A stretch of 32,000 nt of DNA from Okeania sp. Lineage in GTDB: Bacteria; Cyanobacteriota; Cyanobacteriia; Cyanobacteriales; Microcoleaceae. Numbering within the stretch: position 1 is the first letter of the stretch; every line of letters starts with the position of its first letter. Position numbers and translations under genes: made by a program. Below are positions 1-8,029 of this stretch, one piece after another. Location of the stretch: NCBI RefSeq assembly GCF_035285525.1, contig NZ_JAYKGW010000031.1:1-32000 (forward strand). The letters run 5' to 3'. The notes under the pieces are model-generated. The model was not told where the DNA came from. It worked only from the letters and a program-made list of their open reading frames with translations, and made no database searches.

Positions 1-189
1 ATTTATGGCTCACGAACAACTGTTTATTATATTTTCTGAAGCGTAAAAAAATGCCTATTGCCTATTGCCTATTCCCTTAACGGAATTTCAACCTTTATTA
101 TTGGTGATTTATGGCTCACGAACAACTGTTTATTATGCTTTCTGAAGCGTAAAAAAAATGCCTATTGCCTATTCCCTATTCCCTTAACT
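1..189. repeat. Direct duplication of an ~81-bp unit (1-81 and 107-189, period 106 bp). Each copy ends in GCCTATT/CCCTATT heptamers, and copy 1 touches the window edge.
   Basis: Read directly: atttatggctcacgaacaactgtttattat..ttctgaagcgtaaaaaaatgcctattgcctatt occurs twice with a few mismatches. Confidence 0.85.
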
Positions 190-192
190 AAA

Positions 193-1008
193 ATGATTCA
201 ACCTCGAAAAAGATTTGCTCAACATTGGCTAAGAAGTGACAAAGCTTTGAATAAAATTGTTCAAGCTGCCGAACTATCCAAAAGCGATCGCATCCTAGAA
301 ATTGGTCCGGGTACAGGTATCCTCACTCATCGTTTATTACCTCTAGTAGATGCAGTTATTGCTGTCGAAATTGATAGAGATTTATGTCAAAAATTAGTTA
401 AAAAAATTGGCGGAGTAGAAAATTTTTTATTGTTACAAGGAGATTTTTTATCCCTAGATTTAGAAACAAATTTAGCACAATTTCCTGCATTCCAAAATCC
501 TCATAAAGTTGTCGCTAATATACCTTATAATATTACCGGACCAATTATAGAAAAACTATTAGGAACCATCGCCCAACCTCTAACTAATTCTTATGATTTA
601 ATCGTCTTATTATTACAAAAAGAAGTAGCAGATAGAATTTGTGCAAAACCAGATTCCAAAGCTTATAGTTCCCTATCAGTAAAAATTCAATATTTAGCCA
701 ACTGTGAATTTATTTGTGATGTTCCAGCTAAAGCATTTTATCCACCTCCAAAAGTAGATTCTGCAGTAATACGAATACGACCTCAATTAATAGAACCCCA
801 AGCAAATAATCCCAAACAAATGGAAAATTTAGTCAAATTAGGTTTTGCTAGTAAACGGAAAATGTTGAGAAATAATCTTAAAGCAGTTGTGGAGCGCGAT
901 CGCCTATTCGGAATTTTAGAAAAATTAAAAGTTAATTCTCAAAGTCGTGCAGAAGATTTAAGTGTCCAAGAATGGGTGGCATTAGCAAATAGTTTAGAGG
1001 AGTTTTAA
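193..1008 (+). CDS. rsmA: 16S rRNA (adenine1518/1519-N6)-dimethyltransferase RsmA/KsgA
   Basis: SAM-binding motif ILEIGPGTGILT and NIPYNITGPI are typical of KsgA, and the length of ~271 aa fits. The first 45 codons of ORF 58-1008 lie inside the upstream duplicated repeat, so the ATG at 193 (MIQPRKRFAQHWL) is preferred. Confidence 0.9.
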   Translation: MIQPRKRFAQHWLRSDKALNKIVQAAELSKSDRILEIGPGTGILTHRLLPLVDAVIAVEIDRDLCQKLVKKIGGVENFLLLQGDFLSLDLETNLAQFPAFQNPHKVVANIPYNITGPIIEKLLGTIAQPLTNSYDLIVLLLQKEVADRICAKPDSKAYSSLSVKIQYLANCEFICDVPAKAFYPPPKVDSAVIRIRPQLIEPQANNPKQMENLVKLGFASKRKMLRNNLKAVVERDRLFGILEKLKVNSQSRAEDLSVQEWVALANSLEEF

Positions 1009-1053
1009 CAATTTTTTGAGCATTTTTGAGGATTGATAGAGTACAATAAAAAT

Positions 1054-1145
1054 AGGACTTACACAACTGCAACGTATTTTCGTCGGATACGACAGTCGGG
1101 AAGCAATCTCAAACCCCTTTTTTTCCTACCTTATGCGTAAGTTCT
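1054..1145. mobile_element. MITE-like element, AGGACTTAC...GCGTAAGTyCT terminal-inverted-repeat family (92 bp)
   Basis: The left end is aggacttacac and the right end is tgcgtaagttct, which is its reverse complement with one mismatch. The same termini recur at 3800-3890, 4591-4690, 5790-6015 and 14639-14726. Confidence 0.7.
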
Positions 1146-1159
1146 AAAAAAATATAAAT

Positions 1160-1260
1160 CCTAACTTATGCAAAGCAACCAAGAAACTGGATTTATTGCG
1201 GTGATATTGTTGCTCAAACCAGGAAATTTTGTTGATAAACCCGGTTTCTGCGTAAGTCCT
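1160..1260 (+). mobile_element. MITE-like element, same terminus family. This copy is uninterrupted and serves as the empty-site reference for 5790-6015.
   Basis: The interior caaccaagaaactggatttattgcggtgatattgttgctcaaaccagg...cccggtttctgcgtaagtcct matches 5790-5880 in the same orientation and 4591-4690 in reverse orientation. Confidence 0.7.
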
Positions 1261-1289
1261 ACCTATATAAACTTAAAAGCAAATAAATT

Positions 1290-1661
1290 ATGCAGAAAAT
1301 TATAACTATCTTGGGTATTAGTGCAGTTTTAGTATCTTTGACAACTATTGCTAAAGCACAATCCAATAATATTCCAACAGGAGCAACTATATCTGGAGAT
1401 TCTCTCAGAACAGTAGAAGATAGATCAATTATTAATGATGATAATTACCGTATCTTTATTGCTCCCTCAGAATCTAGTAATCCTACTACTAAAAGAATTA
1501 AAACTTATGAGCTGCGTCGTCAACAGCAAACAGTAGAAGTAGTTCCCGGATTCTCTATTCCTGTTAACCCAGATAAGACTCCATTAGAAAACCCCGTAGA
1601 AGAGAATAACTTAAATGGTGATAAATCTGAAGAAGGATTTACAATTGAATTAGGAATCTAG
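1290..1661 (+). CDS. Small secreted hypothetical protein (123 aa)
   Basis: The N-terminal signal peptide MQKIITILGISAVLVSLTTIAKA-Q is followed by a hydrophilic mature part, and a clean terminator follows the ORF. I recognise no family. Confidence 0.6.
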   Translation: MQKIITILGISAVLVSLTTIAKAQSNNIPTGATISGDSLRTVEDRSIINDDNYRIFIAPSESSNPTTKRIKTYELRRQQQTVEVVPGFSIPVNPDKTPLENPVEENNLNGDKSEEGFTIELGI

Positions 1662-1711
1662 AAATTGTTGGTACTATTAAAGCAAATTATAGATTCAAGT
1701 GTCAATGAAAA

Positions 1712-1749
1712 ATAGAGAACTAAAAAATCATTAGTTCCCTATTTTTTTA
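1712..1749 (+). terminator. Rho-independent terminator after ORF 1290-1661
   Basis: The stem is atagagaactaa / ttagttccctat (one mismatch) with a 7-nt loop, followed by T7 at 1743-1749. Confidence 0.75.
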
Positions 1750-1854
1750 TCTCCTTCCCATTACTGAAAAGTAAGACAAATATTAGATGGAATAGACATC
1801 TCCTGCTCAAAACAAAAATATAATGAATAGTTAAAATATCTACTCTACAAAATT

Positions 1855-2093
1855 AATTAGGGTTTGCAGAAAAAGTCTTTTTGTTAAGGTAGGGAGTAGT
1901 TAAGAGTAAGGATTTAGGGTACTTACAGAAGAAATAGTTAAAAAAATAGTTTCTTAATCGTTCTGTCTTATTTAATGTAAAATCCTTAGTTTTTGACCTT
2001 TTTTGACAGAAAAAATTCGTACTTTTTCCAGATATAAAAAGCCTCAGACTTTTGTTTGTCAATACTTCTAGATTTATTCAGCAAGCCCTAATT
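1855..2093 (-). mobile_element. ~250-bp dispersed element, AATTAGGGyTkGC...GCAAACCCTAATT family, copy A (inverted orientation)
   Basis: The termini are aattagggtttgc (1855) and gcaagccctaatt (2081-2093). The reverse complement aligns with copy F (25542-25812), including agtattgacaaacaaaag and aaaaagtacgaatttt. Confidence 0.7.
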
Positions 2094-2110
2094 ATACAAA
2101 TTATTCCACA

Positions 2111-2494
2111 TTATTTGATTTGAGCCATCATTGCAGCGTCATCCCAATAAGAAGATACTTGTTTAATTTTACCATTTTCATTAATCTCAAATACACTAAT
2201 TCCCTCTGCAACTCCCTGCTTACCATTTTTACCTTCTCCCCGCATCGTCCATTTAACTGCTGCTCCATTATCCACAATAAATATATTATCGGGTGTCAAT
2301 TCTAATTTGGCAAAAATCATTGATAATAACCCAAAAAATTTTTGATAGTCTGACTGGATATTGCTGGGTGGTTTACCTACAGGGTCATAAGTAACCCCAT
2401 CTTCCGTAAAGTTTTCTACCCATGCTTCAGCATTCATCGCTGCCATATTTGTAAAATAAGAGTTGACGACTGTCTCGATAGTTTCTTTTGTCAT
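2111..2494 (-). CDS. SnoaL-like / NTF2-fold protein (127 aa)
   Basis: The size and the pattern VNSYF..M...AEAW.ENFTEDGV.YDPVG...W...G are typical of SnoaL/ketosteroid-isomerase-like domains. The call was made by eye only. Confidence 0.7.
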   Translation of the reverse strand: MTKETIETVVNSYFTNMAAMNAEAWVENFTEDGVTYDPVGKPPSNIQSDYQKFFGLLSMIFAKLELTPDNIFIVDNGAAVKWTMRGEGKNGKQGVAEGISVFEINENGKIKQVSSYWDDAAMMAQIK

Positions 2495-2751
2495 TTTTGA
2501 ATTTGATTTAATAAGTGTTTACCCTAAAACTAAGAAATCAGGTTTATTATCCCATAAAGCATATTTTACTGGAGAGTACAAAGTTCTCCTAAAAAAATAT
2601 TTGCTTTTAAGGTTAAACTATTACTGGCGGAGATAGGCTTACACAACCTACAATTCTCAAGAGAAAGTTTCTAACTTTTAGATAACTGAAAGCTTTAGCT
2701 AGCAATAGTTATTCTCAGAACTTTGCACTGTCGAGTTATTAATTATTAATT

Positions 2752-3023
2752 ATTGCTCTGCTCATTAAAAATAGAAGCATTGACAAATAAAAGTTTAAGC
2801 CTTTTTTAGGTAGAAAAAAGTACCTAATTTTCAGTCCCAAATGCTCCCTCAATGAGTATTTGGTTAAGATTTATGCAGAGTTGGTAAGGGATAATTTTTC
2901 CAAGTTATGTCTTCTACAACTCCTGATTCCTCTTGACTCTGTACGGACGTTGGATAAGAGGGTTTCTACCTACTCCCTATTCCCCACCTTCGTAAAAAGA
3001 CTGAAGAAGTGCAAACCCTAATT
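2752..3023 (+). mobile_element. ~250-bp dispersed element, copy B
   Basis: It contains ...gaagcattgacaaataaaagtttaagccttttttaggtagaaaaaagtacctaatttt...ctactccctattcc...aaaaagactgaagaagtgcaaaccctaatt. It is bounded on both sides by (AATTATT)n tracts. Confidence 0.65.
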
Positions 3024-3075
3024 ATTAATTATTAATTATTCAGTAACGTCCCTACTTCCTTCTTTTTGTTTCCCC

Positions 3076-3117
3076 AAAAAAAAGAGTATCTTTTTGAAAA
3101 AAATAGCCGAGATACTC
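3076..3117 (-). terminator. Rho-independent terminator (minus strand), ~150 nt downstream of ORF 3265-3459
   Basis: On the minus strand, gagtatct - 18-nt loop - agatactc is followed by T8 (the A-run at 3076-3083 on the plus strand). Confidence 0.5.
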
Positions 3118-3264
3118 CTTGATTAAATGTAAAGTTTTTATTTAATTTTCTGTTTCCAATGTGTCTTGGTTTTAAACCCAATTCAAACCTCCTAAAATAT
3201 TAGGTTATTAACTTATGTTTTCTGGGAAATAATTGGTCTCTAGGTGGTAAAAAAAGGCAATTGA

Positions 3265-3459
3265 TTAAAAACTAGCCATCTTTAACCAATCAAATATTTG
3301 GTCTAATTGCTTCAAGGTTACCAGACCATATTGCCACAATATCATCGGTAATTGATAATTATCTTCTTCCTGATGTCTTAAAGCAGTAGCGATCGCGGAA
3401 TCTGGGATAGACAACTCCCACTTCAAGAATTTAATTAATTGAGCTTGTTTTGCATGCAT
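3265..3459 (-). CDS. Small conserved cyanobacterial protein (64 aa), possibly DUF2949-like
   Basis: The pattern LIKFL.WEL.I....I..AL.......LPMILWQYGL..L.QLDQIFDW resembles short cyanobacteria-only proteins. The family assignment is from memory and untested. Confidence 0.5.
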   Translation of the reverse strand: MHAKQAQLIKFLKWELSIPDSAIATALRHQEEDNYQLPMILWQYGLVTLKQLDQIFDWLKMASF

Positions 3460-3692
3460 AATAAAATATTTTCTCCAGTATTATCTTAAAAAAAATCTCA
3501 AACAGGTTTTATTTGATTTATTGTGATACCTAGTATCAATTATTATTCAATCAGTTTCAGTGACTCTCATCTTTATATTTATGTGAGATATCTGGTTTTT
3601 TTTTATGATTCAGATCACAATTTTTTGATATGGTATACCAACATTTATGGGTTTTAAACCATGAATAATTGATAATGAAAAATATCTCTAAT

Positions 3693-4022
3693 TCTTGCTC
3701 TGCTGATTAAATATTAAAGCCTTTACAGATAAAGTTTTCCGCCTTTTTAGGTAGAAAAAATTGCTAGTTTTTAGGTCTCTCAGGTGCAAAAATTGAGTCA
3801 GGACTTACAAGGGAGGTACTATATATAGATTTAAAAAACTATTGCTTATGGGGTTTTAAGCACTATATCTAGGGTGACAGCGTAAGTCCTGTTAGTATTT
3901 AAAGGCTCACTATAGTAGAAAAATTAAGGGACAATTCTTACTTCTACTTCCTCTAAATTCTCGTTTCTCCTAATTCTTGAATTCTACCCCCTACCAAAAG
4001 GTTTTTTCAGCAAATCTTAATT
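3693..4022 (+). mobile_element. ~250-bp dispersed element, copy C, carrying a nested 91-bp MITE
   Basis: It contains cttgctctgctgattaaatattaaagcctttacagataaagttttccgcctttttaggtagaaaaaattgc...agaaaaattaagggac...cagcaaatcttaatt. Its length minus the nested element is ~239 bp, matching copy A. Confidence 0.65.
3800..3890. mobile_element. MITE-like element (AGGACTTAC family) nested inside copy C
   Basis: The terminal inverted repeats are aggacttac...gcgtaagtcct, and the interior is unrelated to the host element. Confidence 0.7.
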
Positions 4023-4147
4023 ATTAATTACCTCTAGCTCTGATTAAAACTAAGAGGATTGAAACAAGTCAAGTGGGGAAATCTTATTTCTTTATTTCTG
4101 CTTATGGATTAATTATCAATTATCCATTATTACTTAGCATAAGCAAG

Positions 4148-4499
4148 TAGGGTTTGCCGATTAAGTTTCAAAGCATTACAGATAAAGATTTGAACAGTTT
4201 TCGATGTGGAAAAAGTACCAACTTTTCCGTTGATAGAGCTGAACAAAAGCAAGCATTTTGGCGTAACTTATAGACAGAAAAATTAAGGGACTTTTCTTCT
4301 GACTACCTACTCCATAACTCCCATTTATCCTGACTCCTGACTCCTGACTCCTGGCTCCTACCCTTACTCATATAGCGCTTTCCGTTGCCCGTGAGGTACA
4401 CTCAAGCGAGCTTTCCGGATCGCATTGAGAAGACTTTTACCATTTACCCTGTACTTCATTTCGCCGAAATCTGCTGTCAGACTTTTTCAGCAGCCAATT
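4148..4499 (+). mobile_element. ~250-bp dispersed element, copy D, with a (CTGACTC)n heptamer expansion and a ~105-bp GC-richer insert
   Basis: It contains tagggtttgccgattaagtttcaaagcattacagataaag...gaaaaagtaccaactttt...cagaaaaattaagggacttttcttctgactacctactcc...[insert 4364-4470]...cagactttttcagcagccaatt. Confidence 0.6.
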
Positions 4500-4590
4500 C
4501 TGACTAATCTTAGATTAGACGATCAAATCAGTCCTCATGTTCCCCTATAAGATACTAATAATTATAATTGAAATTACCAAAAAACTAAGC

Positions 4591-4690
4591 AGGACTTACC
4601 CATAAATTGGGTTAGAATAGGAGATTTCCTGTTTTGAGCAACAATATCACAGTCATAAACCTGGTTTCTTGGTAACATTGCGAAAGTATA
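4591..4690 (-). mobile_element. MITE-like element, inverted copy of the 1160-1260 type
   Basis: aggacttaccc...atttcctgttttgagcaacaatatcacagtcataaacctggtttcttgg is the reverse complement of the interior of 1160-1260. Confidence 0.65.
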
Positions 4691-4763
4691 TTTTTGGGGG
4701 ATTACCGACCTGCCCTACAATAATTTGCTGTAAAAAGAGGTAATTTTAATTATTAATTAATAA

Positions 4764-5282
4764 TTACTTACTTGACTTACGAGACTGCTTTAATTCTGGT
4801 TCGTGAGATTTAAGTGCTTCATCTAAAACCACACGAGCTTCTTCTGCTCTTTCTCTGGCCTCTCTATAGCGTAAATTAGCCACAGCAAAAATTTTCAGGG
4901 TCTTAAAACCATCTTTAAGATTAGCAATTTCTTCAACTGTTACAGGTTCATCTGTAAATAGTACCTCAATTGCAGAACGAATTTTTAATGCCTCTTCCCT
5001 AGACTCTACAACCTTCATTTTCAGTGCGGCAAAATCACTAAGTATTTGGACTGCCTGAGCTACAGCATCTTCTTCCTCAGACACCGCTTCTTTTGATTCT
5101 TTTGATTCTTTGACTTCAATAAACTGTTCTGGACTAAATCCATTTTCTAATTCTATAGGTATTTCACCAGCGTCCATCATTTCCACAAGCTTATCCATAG
5201 CTTTCTGACGGGCCTTTTCTGAGTCTCTACCCCTAATAGTTATAATTGTATCTGGATTCTGAGGTAAGGTATAACTAACCAT
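4764..5282 (-). CDS. Hypothetical acidic protein (172 aa), probably coiled-coil
   Basis: This is a long ORF with no competing frame. It is E/K-rich with heptad-like segments, and I recognise no motif. Confidence 0.55.
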   Translation of the reverse strand: MVSYTLPQNPDTIITIRGRDSEKARQKAMDKLVEMMDAGEIPIELENGFSPEQFIEVKESKESKEAVSEEEDAVAQAVQILSDFAALKMKVVESREEALKIRSAIEVLFTDEPVTVEEIANLKDGFKTLKIFAVANLRYREARERAEEARVVLDEALKSHEPELKQSRKSSK

Positions 5283-5360
5283 AATCTGATTAAATATTTA
5301 GGTATTAAGTATAATCAATATACAATAAAAGTAATGGTACCATGTCAGCTTGAATACTAA

Positions 5361-5459
5361 TATCATGTCCGGTTAAATAGAAGTAAGGCAAAAGGCAGAA
5401 GGAAAGAAAAGGTGATTATGGGAGAAATTTTTTTGACCGCTGCTGATGCGGACATGATA
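5361..5459. mobile_element. 99-bp MITE with TATsATGTCCGG terminal inverted repeats, flanked by TAA/TAA
   Basis: tatcatgtccgg...gcggacatgata, with TAA at 5358-5360 and at 5460-5462. Confidence 0.8.
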
Positions 5460-5546
5460 TAAATAAATGATGAGAAAGAAATTTGCTCAAATACCTTTTT
5501 AAGAACTGGATTTGGTATAAATTATAATATTTAATCTTTATTAATA

Positions 5547-5786
5547 ATGAAAGATAAATTACTTAACTGGTTAGATATATTTTTAGTAGTAGATGTATTT
5601 TTGGTAATAATTGGTTTTGCCTGGTTTGCGATCGCAGTTATTGGTCGTTATTCTGGAGTATCTTTAGGTCTGGATATTTGGCATAAATTATGGGAACCAG
5701 TCTTTACTCCAGCTATTGGCATTTTGATGGGAGGTGCTATTCTCAGTGGCATTATTAAACAAATTACTAAACGCTTAAGTAAATAG
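5547..5786 (+). CDS. Small membrane protein (79 aa, two predicted TM helices)
   Basis: There are two hydrophobic segments, IFLVVDVFLVIIGFAWFAIAVIG and PAIGILMGGAILSGII, and a basic C-terminus. Confidence 0.55.
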   Translation: MKDKLLNWLDIFLVVDVFLVIIGFAWFAIAVIGRYSGVSLGLDIWHKLWEPVFTPAIGILMGGAILSGIIKQITKRLSK

Positions 5787-5789
5787 GCC

Positions 5790-6015
5790 AGGAGTTAGGC
5801 AAACCAACCAAGAAAACGGGTTTATTGCCATAATCTTGTTGAAGTCACGCAATTTATTTGATCAACCCGGTTTCTGCCTAATATGATGTCCGGTTGAATA
5901 GTTACATAGGGAATCCCCCTGAACCCCCCTTTGAAAAGGGGGAGACAAAAGGGGATATTGGTTGAAAGGGATAAAAATTTTTGATTGCTGATTATCCGGA
6001 CATGATATAAGTCCT
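5790..6015 (+). mobile_element. MITE (1160-1260 type) interrupted by a second MITE
   Basis: aggagttaggcaaaccaaccaagaaaacgggtttattgcc...cccggtttctgccTAA[5882-6007]TAAgtcct. Confidence 0.8.
5882..6007. mobile_element. 126-bp MITE (TATsATGTCCGG family) nested in the 5790-6015 element
   Basis: tatgatgtccgg...ccggacatgata, flanked by TAA (5879-5881) and TAA (6008-6010). Confidence 0.8.
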
Positions 6016-6175
6016 GTAGGCGTTAAAATTTATCGTGACATTAAGGTAGGAAACAGGGAATAGAAGCAGTGTTACCCCACCTTGGTGACAGACACCAACA
6101 GTTAAACCCCAGGACGATTTTTCACTGGCGGAATTTGGTATAAAATTTTATCATAATTTATGTGAGGAGAATGTG

Positions 6176-7042
6176 ATGACTGCAGGCAAAAAATTACGTC
6201 AAATATTAGAACAACCAGGAACTTTGGTGCTGCCTGGAGTGTATGATTGTATTGGGGCAAAAATTGTCGAACAAATAGGATTTTCGGCTGTGTTTACCAG
6301 TGGATTTGGAATTTCTGGTTCCACTCTTGGTCGTCCTGATTATGGTTTTCTCACTGCTACAGAAATGCTGTACAGTGTAGGACGTATTACTGAGTCGGTG
6401 AATATACCTTTGGTGGCAGATATTGATACTGGATATGGCAACCCATTAAATGTGATTAGAACTGTTACCGATATTGTGAATATGGGGGTTGCCGGAATTA
6501 TTTTAGAAGACCAAGAATGGCCGAAAAAGTGTGGTCATTTTAATGGTAAGCGAGTTATTCCCATGGAAGAACACATTGAGAAAATTAAAGCGGCGGTTTA
6601 TGCTAGGGGTGATAGTGGTTTAGTGATTATTGCTCGGACTGATGCGAGAGCGCCACTGGGTTTGGATGAAGCGATTAAGCGGGGACGTGCTTGTGCAGAA
6701 GCGGGTGCGGATGTGATTTTTATTGAAGCGCCTCAGTCTGTAGAAGATTTGCGGGCGATCGCTGCTGCTTTTAAGGATGTCTATTTGTTTGCCAATATGA
6801 TTGAGGGTGGTAAAACTCCGGTTTTATCGGATGAGAAGTTGGCAGAAATGGGTTTTAAAATTGTGGTTTATCCTTTGTCGGGATTGTTTTCTGCTACTAA
6901 AGCGATGATAAACTGTTATCGTCAATTATTTGAAAATGGAACTACAGCGGGGTTAAGGGATATTGTGACGTTCCAGAAATTTGAAGAGATTATTGAAGTG
7001 TCTAAATATCAAGAATTGGAGCAGAAGTTTTCAGTTGATTAG
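6176..7042 (+). CDS. Isocitrate lyase / PEP mutase superfamily enzyme (2-methylisocitrate lyase or carboxyvinyl-carboxyphosphonate phosphorylmutase-like)
   Basis: The family signature EDQEWPKKCGH is present, along with the DTGYG motif and a TIM-barrel-like pattern. GAGGAG lies 8 nt before the ATG at 6176, and the GTG at 6173 is an alternative start. Confidence 0.85.
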   Translation: MTAGKKLRQILEQPGTLVLPGVYDCIGAKIVEQIGFSAVFTSGFGISGSTLGRPDYGFLTATEMLYSVGRITESVNIPLVADIDTGYGNPLNVIRTVTDIVNMGVAGIILEDQEWPKKCGHFNGKRVIPMEEHIEKIKAAVYARGDSGLVIIARTDARAPLGLDEAIKRGRACAEAGADVIFIEAPQSVEDLRAIAAAFKDVYLFANMIEGGKTPVLSDEKLAEMGFKIVVYPLSGLFSATKAMINCYRQLFENGTTAGLRDIVTFQKFEEIIEVSKYQELEQKFSVD

Positions 7043-7160
7043 ATGAATACCCCTAAATCCGGTAATTTGGCAATCCCCTTGCTTAGTAAATCACAAAGTA
7101 AGAGAGCTGCATAAACATCTCTAGAGAGTTATCATTAAAATATTTTAGGAAAGAGTAACG

Positions 7161-7704
7161 ATGTCAAATCTAACAATCAAGGACTTAGAAAAATTCACAA
7201 CCGAACACCCAAAACACCAAATGGAATTAGTCAGAGGAGAAATTACCGTTTTGAGTCCGTCAGGTTTAGAGTCAGAAGAAGTAGGGATAGAAATAGCTGC
7301 ACAGTTACGCAACTGGGTGCGACCTCAAAAATTAGGCAGGTTTACAGGTTCCAGTGGGGGTTTTCGTTTCCCAAATGCAGATGTTCGTGCCTCCGATGCT
7401 GCTTTTATTCGGAGCGATCGCTTACCTCAAACTACGGAAAATTATGCGGATATCGGTACCGGACTTAATTTTTTGAAGTTAAATCTAGAACTGATTCTGT
7501 AACCAAACTCCGAGAAAAAATTCAAGAGTTTCTAACTTACGGCACTAAGGTCGGAGTATTAGTAGGCCCCGCACTGGCACAATGGAAGTTTATCGCCCCA
7601 ATAGTGAGAAAATTGTGCTTAGGGATGGAGATGTTTTAGAAGTTGCATAAGTGTTACCAGGGTCGGAATTACCTGTTGTTGAGGTGTGGGCACCGGAATT
7701 TTAA
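7161..7704 (+). pseudogene. Uma2-family (DUF820) putative endonuclease, heavily degraded
   Basis: The N-terminal 100 aa are in frame. The remainder (VPDLIF / EVKSRTDSVTKLREKIQEFLTYGTKVGVLV / TMEVYRPNSEKIVLRDGDVLEVA*VLPGSELPVVEVWAPEF*) is readable only across three frames and includes an in-frame TAA. Confidence 0.75.
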
Positions 7705-7845
7705 GATAGCGATCGCCAATTTCAGTTATCAGTTAATCAAGCGTAGGTTGGGTTGTTCGCGCACTTCGTTGCGAAGCATGGAACGAAACCTAACAATAGG
7801 GTTTACTTAAAAAAGCAGAGTGCGGGAAGAGGAGTAAGAGTTGGT

Positions 7846-7950
7846 GATCGCCTATTTCCCTCAAATAAAATTGATGGGAAATTATCTAATTTCAACTATT
7901 CTTTAAAGATGATTTTTCCATGTCTGATATTATTTGCCAACTCCTTGATA
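7846..7950. repeat. ~105-nt module found 3' of Uma2 genes, copy 1
   Basis: It is ~75% identical to 9469-9570, with perfect blocks gatcgcctattt, aactattcttt, aagatgattttt and atattatttgccaactcctt. Confidence 0.75.
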
Positions 7951-8029
7951 ATACCCCTAAATACCTCTGATAAAGGCGGACTTTTAACACTCACAAAAAG
8001 CACTCTTCTGATGGCTGACTGCTGAATGC

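Noticed and set aside
58-192. N-terminal 45-codon extension of rsmA
   Set aside because: It lies entirely in the duplicated upstream repeat. RsmA homology begins at the ATG at 193.
1853-2062. 69-aa ORF on the minus strand
   Set aside because: It lies wholly inside copy A of the ~250-bp dispersed element, and equivalent frames are not open in the other copies.
2120-2305. Antisense ORFs inside well-supported genes (2120-2305, 10283-10489, 10782-10973, 20929-21153, 22085-22324, 22457-22693, 23156-23392, 24410-24628, 24837-25055, 28279-28542)
   Set aside because: Each lies opposite a longer ORF with clear homology or coding features. Their sequences are low-complexity, as is typical for AT-rich antisense frames.
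7753-8025. 90-aa ORF, and the similar ORF at 9451-9645
   Set aside because: Both run through the shared 105-nt module and MITE ends. Their predicted peptides are conserved only where the DNA repeat is, they use non-ATG starts, and the sequence is low-complexity.
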